In this document: in pieces, positions 61,202 through 64,000 of the stretch
Numbering within the stretch: position 1 is the stretch's first letter
Layout of the letters: each line of letters opens with the position of its first letter
From: Phoronis australis
Taxonomy: Eukaryota > Animalia > Phoronida
Assembly: GCA_002633005.1 (NCBI GenBank)
Contig: NMRA01000498.1
Span: 175,772-239,771 of the forward strand
DNA length: 64,000 nt
Direction: 5' to 3'
Made by a program: the position numbers and the translations under genes
Notes under the pieces: generated by a model
What the model was told of the DNA's origin: nothing
Seen by the model: only the letters and a program-made list of their open reading frames with translations
The model's database searches: none

Positions 61202-64000
61202 ATCAAAACAACTTCAATGAAAACAGTGAAATTGCCAACACGCTTGGCACCACGCAACTGCAGGCAAAATGTAAAGAGAAAACAGACTGTGTACTTGCAG
61301 TCCAAGGACTGGAGCACATGGCTGAAGCGACTGCTAACGGAGAAAGATGCATATTTAATGCCATCGAGGGCAAGAACGGACGCCTTGCTGATGTTACAGA
61401 TGGAATGGACAGGTACGTACGTGACATTAAAAATGACAAATTTGGACGGGTGATAAATAGCGAAGGTGGCGACAAAGGAAACGAAAAGGCTATTCTTACC
61501 GTAAATGACAGAAACAATGTTCATGACGAAAATGATGAAGACAAGCGTGACGATCCATGTAATGAGGGTGATCTCAGACCTGGTATTATATATGAAAAAA
61601 GTAATCATGGGTCTGACGCTTCACACGACAAGCGTGATTCTATACTTGAGGCACCATGTGATAACGGTGACCCTGAGCATAATACTTCGAAAGGAAATGG
61701 TGGTCCATGGCATGATACTCCGTATCAAAAGGACGATCCTCACAATGATACTCAGTCTAGAAATGGTGATCCTGACAACGAAGTTTTACATAAAAAGGGT
61801 AATCCCCGTCAAGATACTCCATATAGAAAGGGTGATCCTGACAACGGCATTCCACATGAACACGGTGATACCAAGGAAGATACTCCGTATGGAAGTGTTG
61901 TACATGAGCATGACACTGTGTATGAATATGGTGATCCAGTGAAGGATACTGCGCGTGAAAGAGGTGATCCAAGACATGATACTTCGTGTGGAAATGGTGA
62001 TCCAGGAAACGAACACGCTATTCTTAATGTAAGTGATAGAAACAATGCCCATGACGAAAATGATGAAGACAAGCGTGACGATCCATGTAATGACGGTGAT
62101 CTCAGACCTGGTATTATATATGAAAAAAGTGATCATGGGTCCGACGCTTTACACGACAAGCGTGATTCTATACTTGAGGCATCATGTGGTAATGGTGGCC
62201 CTGAGCATACTACTTCGAAAGGAAATGGTGGTACTTGGCATGATACTCCGTATCGAAAGGGCGATAGTTACAATGACACTCAGTATAGAAACGGTGATCC
62301 TGACAACGATATTTCATATAAAAACGGTGAAACCCAGCAAGATACTCAGTATGGGAAGGGTAATCCTGACAACGACATTCCACATGAACACGGTGATCCC
62401 AAGGAGGATACTCCGTATGGAACTGTTGTCCCTGAGCATGATACTGGGTATGAAAATGGTGATCCTCGGCAGAATACTGCGCGTGAAAGATGTGATCCAA
62501 GACATGATACCTCACGTGGAAATGGTGATCCAGGAAATGATACTCCGTATGGAGATGGTGATCCAGCACATGATACCCTGTATGGAGATGATGATCTGGG
62601 GTGTCTGAATTCAAATTTGAATAAGGCACTGAAAGTACCCATCAGGGTATTAGCAGACTTGATGATCTTTCTAATGGCGTGTATATCAGCGTTCGTGAAT
62701 CTTACCAAGCGACATATAGTACCAATCGCAGAGAACCTCTTGGACATTTCCGTCATGCTGGGAGATTTTGAAGATGATGACTTGAGTGAGGAATACGAAG
62801 ATTCAAGTATCACTTTGACTAGAGTAGATGAAAACGGACAGACCAAAACTGTTCACTATGAATATATTGAAGACATTCTCGACGACATCCCAGAAATACC
62901 ACACGGACATCAGGAAACTACAGCAGCGGCAACCACAAGCCTAAATTCAGAAACAAAGCTCAAACCATGTCATCTTACTACTGTTACTACTGTAGATAAC
63001 AAAAGCACGCTGAATCAGAAGAACGACTTCGATGAAAACAGTGGAATTACCAATAAGGTTGGCGCGGTGCAACTGCAGGGAATATGTAAAGAGAAAACAG
63101 ACGCTGTACTTGCAATTCAAGGACTGGAGCACATTACTGATGCGACTGGTGATCCAGGGCACGGTGTTTCGTGCGGAAATGGTTATCCAAATGATACTTC
63201 GTATCGAGATGATGGTCCAGGACATGATACTTTGAGTGGGAATGGTGATCCAGGAAATGATACTTCATGTGCAAATGGTGATCCAGTGACTGATACTCCA
63301 CATGGATATGGTAATCCCGGAAATGATACTCCGTATGAAGATTGTGATCCAGGGCATGCTGCTTCGTGTGGAAATGGTTATCCAGGAAATGATACTCCGT
63401 ATGGAGATAGTGGTCCAGGACATGATACTTCGTTTGGAAATGGTGATCCAGGAAATGATACTCTGTATGGAGATAGTGGTCCAGGACATGATACTCAGTA
63501 TGGAAATCGTGACCCAGGACATGGTGTCCCGTATGAAAGTAGTTATCCTTACCATTATACTCCTTATGGATGTGATGATTCTAATCATTATACCTCAGGT
63601 GAAAACTGTGATCCAGGATATTATACTCCATATGGAAATTGTGTCCCTGAGCATGATGATGCGTATAGAAGTGGTAATCTTGGCCATGATACTCCTAACC
63701 ACGTTGTTACATATGTAAACGGTGATCTTGAGCATGATACTGCGTATGAAAATGGTAATAATCCAGCTCATGATACTCCGTATGGAAATGGTAATACTGG
63801 CCCTGATGTTCCTCATGGAAATGGTGATCCTAACAACGATATGTCATATGGAAACGGGGATCCTGAGCACGATTCTGCGAATGAAAATGATGGCCCTGAG
63901 AACGATTCTGCGAATGAAAATGATGACCCTGAGCACGATCCTGCGTATGAAAATGGTGATCCAGAGCATGATACTGCGTATGACAATGGTGATCCAGGGC
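61171..64000 (+). CDS. Large acidic Asp/Gly/Asn/His/Tyr-rich 11-residue-repeat protein (consensus about NGDPGHDTPYG), more than 940 codons, truncated by the window end
   Basis: Frame +1 has no stop from 61081 to 64000 (read codon by codon); first ATG at 61171. The ORF track probably omits it because no stop lies inside the window. The other frames break into short ORFs. Confidence 0.8.
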   Translation, partial: MSSSYCYSALNQNNFNENSEIANTLGTTQLQAKCKEKTDCVLAVQGLEHMAEATANGERCIFNAIEGKNGRLADVTDGMDRYVRDIKNDKFGRVINSEGGDKGNEKAILTVNDRNNVHDENDEDKRDDPCNEGDLRPGIIYEKSNHGSDASHDKRDSILEAPCDNGDPEHNTSKGNGGPWHDTPYQKDDPHNDTQSRNGDPDNEVLHKKGNPRQDTPYRKGDPDNGIPHEHGDTKEDTPYGSVVHEHDTVYEYGDPVKDTARERGDPRHDTSCGNGDPGNEHAILNVSDRNNAHDENDEDKRDDPCNDGDLRPGIIYEKSDHGSDALHDKRDSILEASCGNGGPEHTTSKGNGGTWHDTPYRKGDSYNDTQYRNGDPDNDISYKNGETQQDTQYGKGNPDNDIPHEHGDPKEDTPYGTVVPEHDTGYENGDPRQNTARERCDPRHDTSRGNGDPGNDTPYGDGDPAHDTLYGDDDLGCLNSNLNKALKVPIRVLADLMIFLMACISAFVNLTKRHIVPIAENLLDISVMLGDFEDDDLSEEYEDSSITLTRVDENGQTKTVHYEYIEDILDDIPEIPHGHQETTAAATTSLNSETKLKPCHLTTVTTVDNKSTLNQKNDFDENSGITNKVGAVQLQGICKEKTDAVLAIQGLEHITDATGDPGHGVSCGNGYPNDTSYRDDGPGHDTLSGNGDPGNDTSCANGDPVTDTPHGYGNPGNDTPYEDCDPGHAASCGNGYPGNDTPYGDSGPGHDTSFGNGDPGNDTLYGDSGPGHDTQYGNRDPGHGVPYESSYPYHYTPYGCDDSNHYTSGENCDPGYYTPYGNCVPEHDDAYRSGNLGHDTPNHVVTYVNGDLEHDTAYENGNNPAHDTPYGNGNTGPDVPHGNGDPNNDMSYGNGDPEHDSANENDGPENDSANENDDPEHDPAYENGDPEHDTAYDNGDPG

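Noticed and set aside
61217-63816. Many Met/Ile/Val-rich ORFs on both strands (MVIQEMILRME..., MSWITISIRSI...)
   Set aside because: They are shadow translations of the 33-bp repeat. They are broken by stops, while frame +1 is continuously open.

Overview
AT-rich animal genomic DNA with spliceosomal introns; gene content and repeats suggest a marine invertebrate, though the species cannot be determined from this window. Contents in order: (1) the 3' nine coding exons of an M17 leucyl-aminopeptidase (W07G4.4-like, + strand, 1381-29370), whose 17.3-kb intron hosts a nested antisense LRR-Ig-transmembrane gene with an intronless CDS; (2) two tandem three-exon paralogues encoding secreted proteins with ShKT repeats, a Thr-rich mucin stalk and a C-terminal Ly6/uPAR-like domain, both preceded by the same 14-bp double-GATA motif; (3) a complete six-exon MOB4/phocein gene (- strand) whose exon-2 splice donor is present in four tandem copies; (4) an intron-containing tRNA-Thr(AGT) head-to-head with MOB4; (5) an acidic 11-residue-repeat ORF of more than 940 codons that runs off the window end, is absent from the ORF track, and appears to have a frameshifted N-terminus. 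Degenerate LINE fragments, MITEs, a non-autonomous TIR element with a 5-bp TSD and LTR-like pieces lie between these. Exon boundaries were read by eye from GT-AG sites and phase continuity; no database searches were run.
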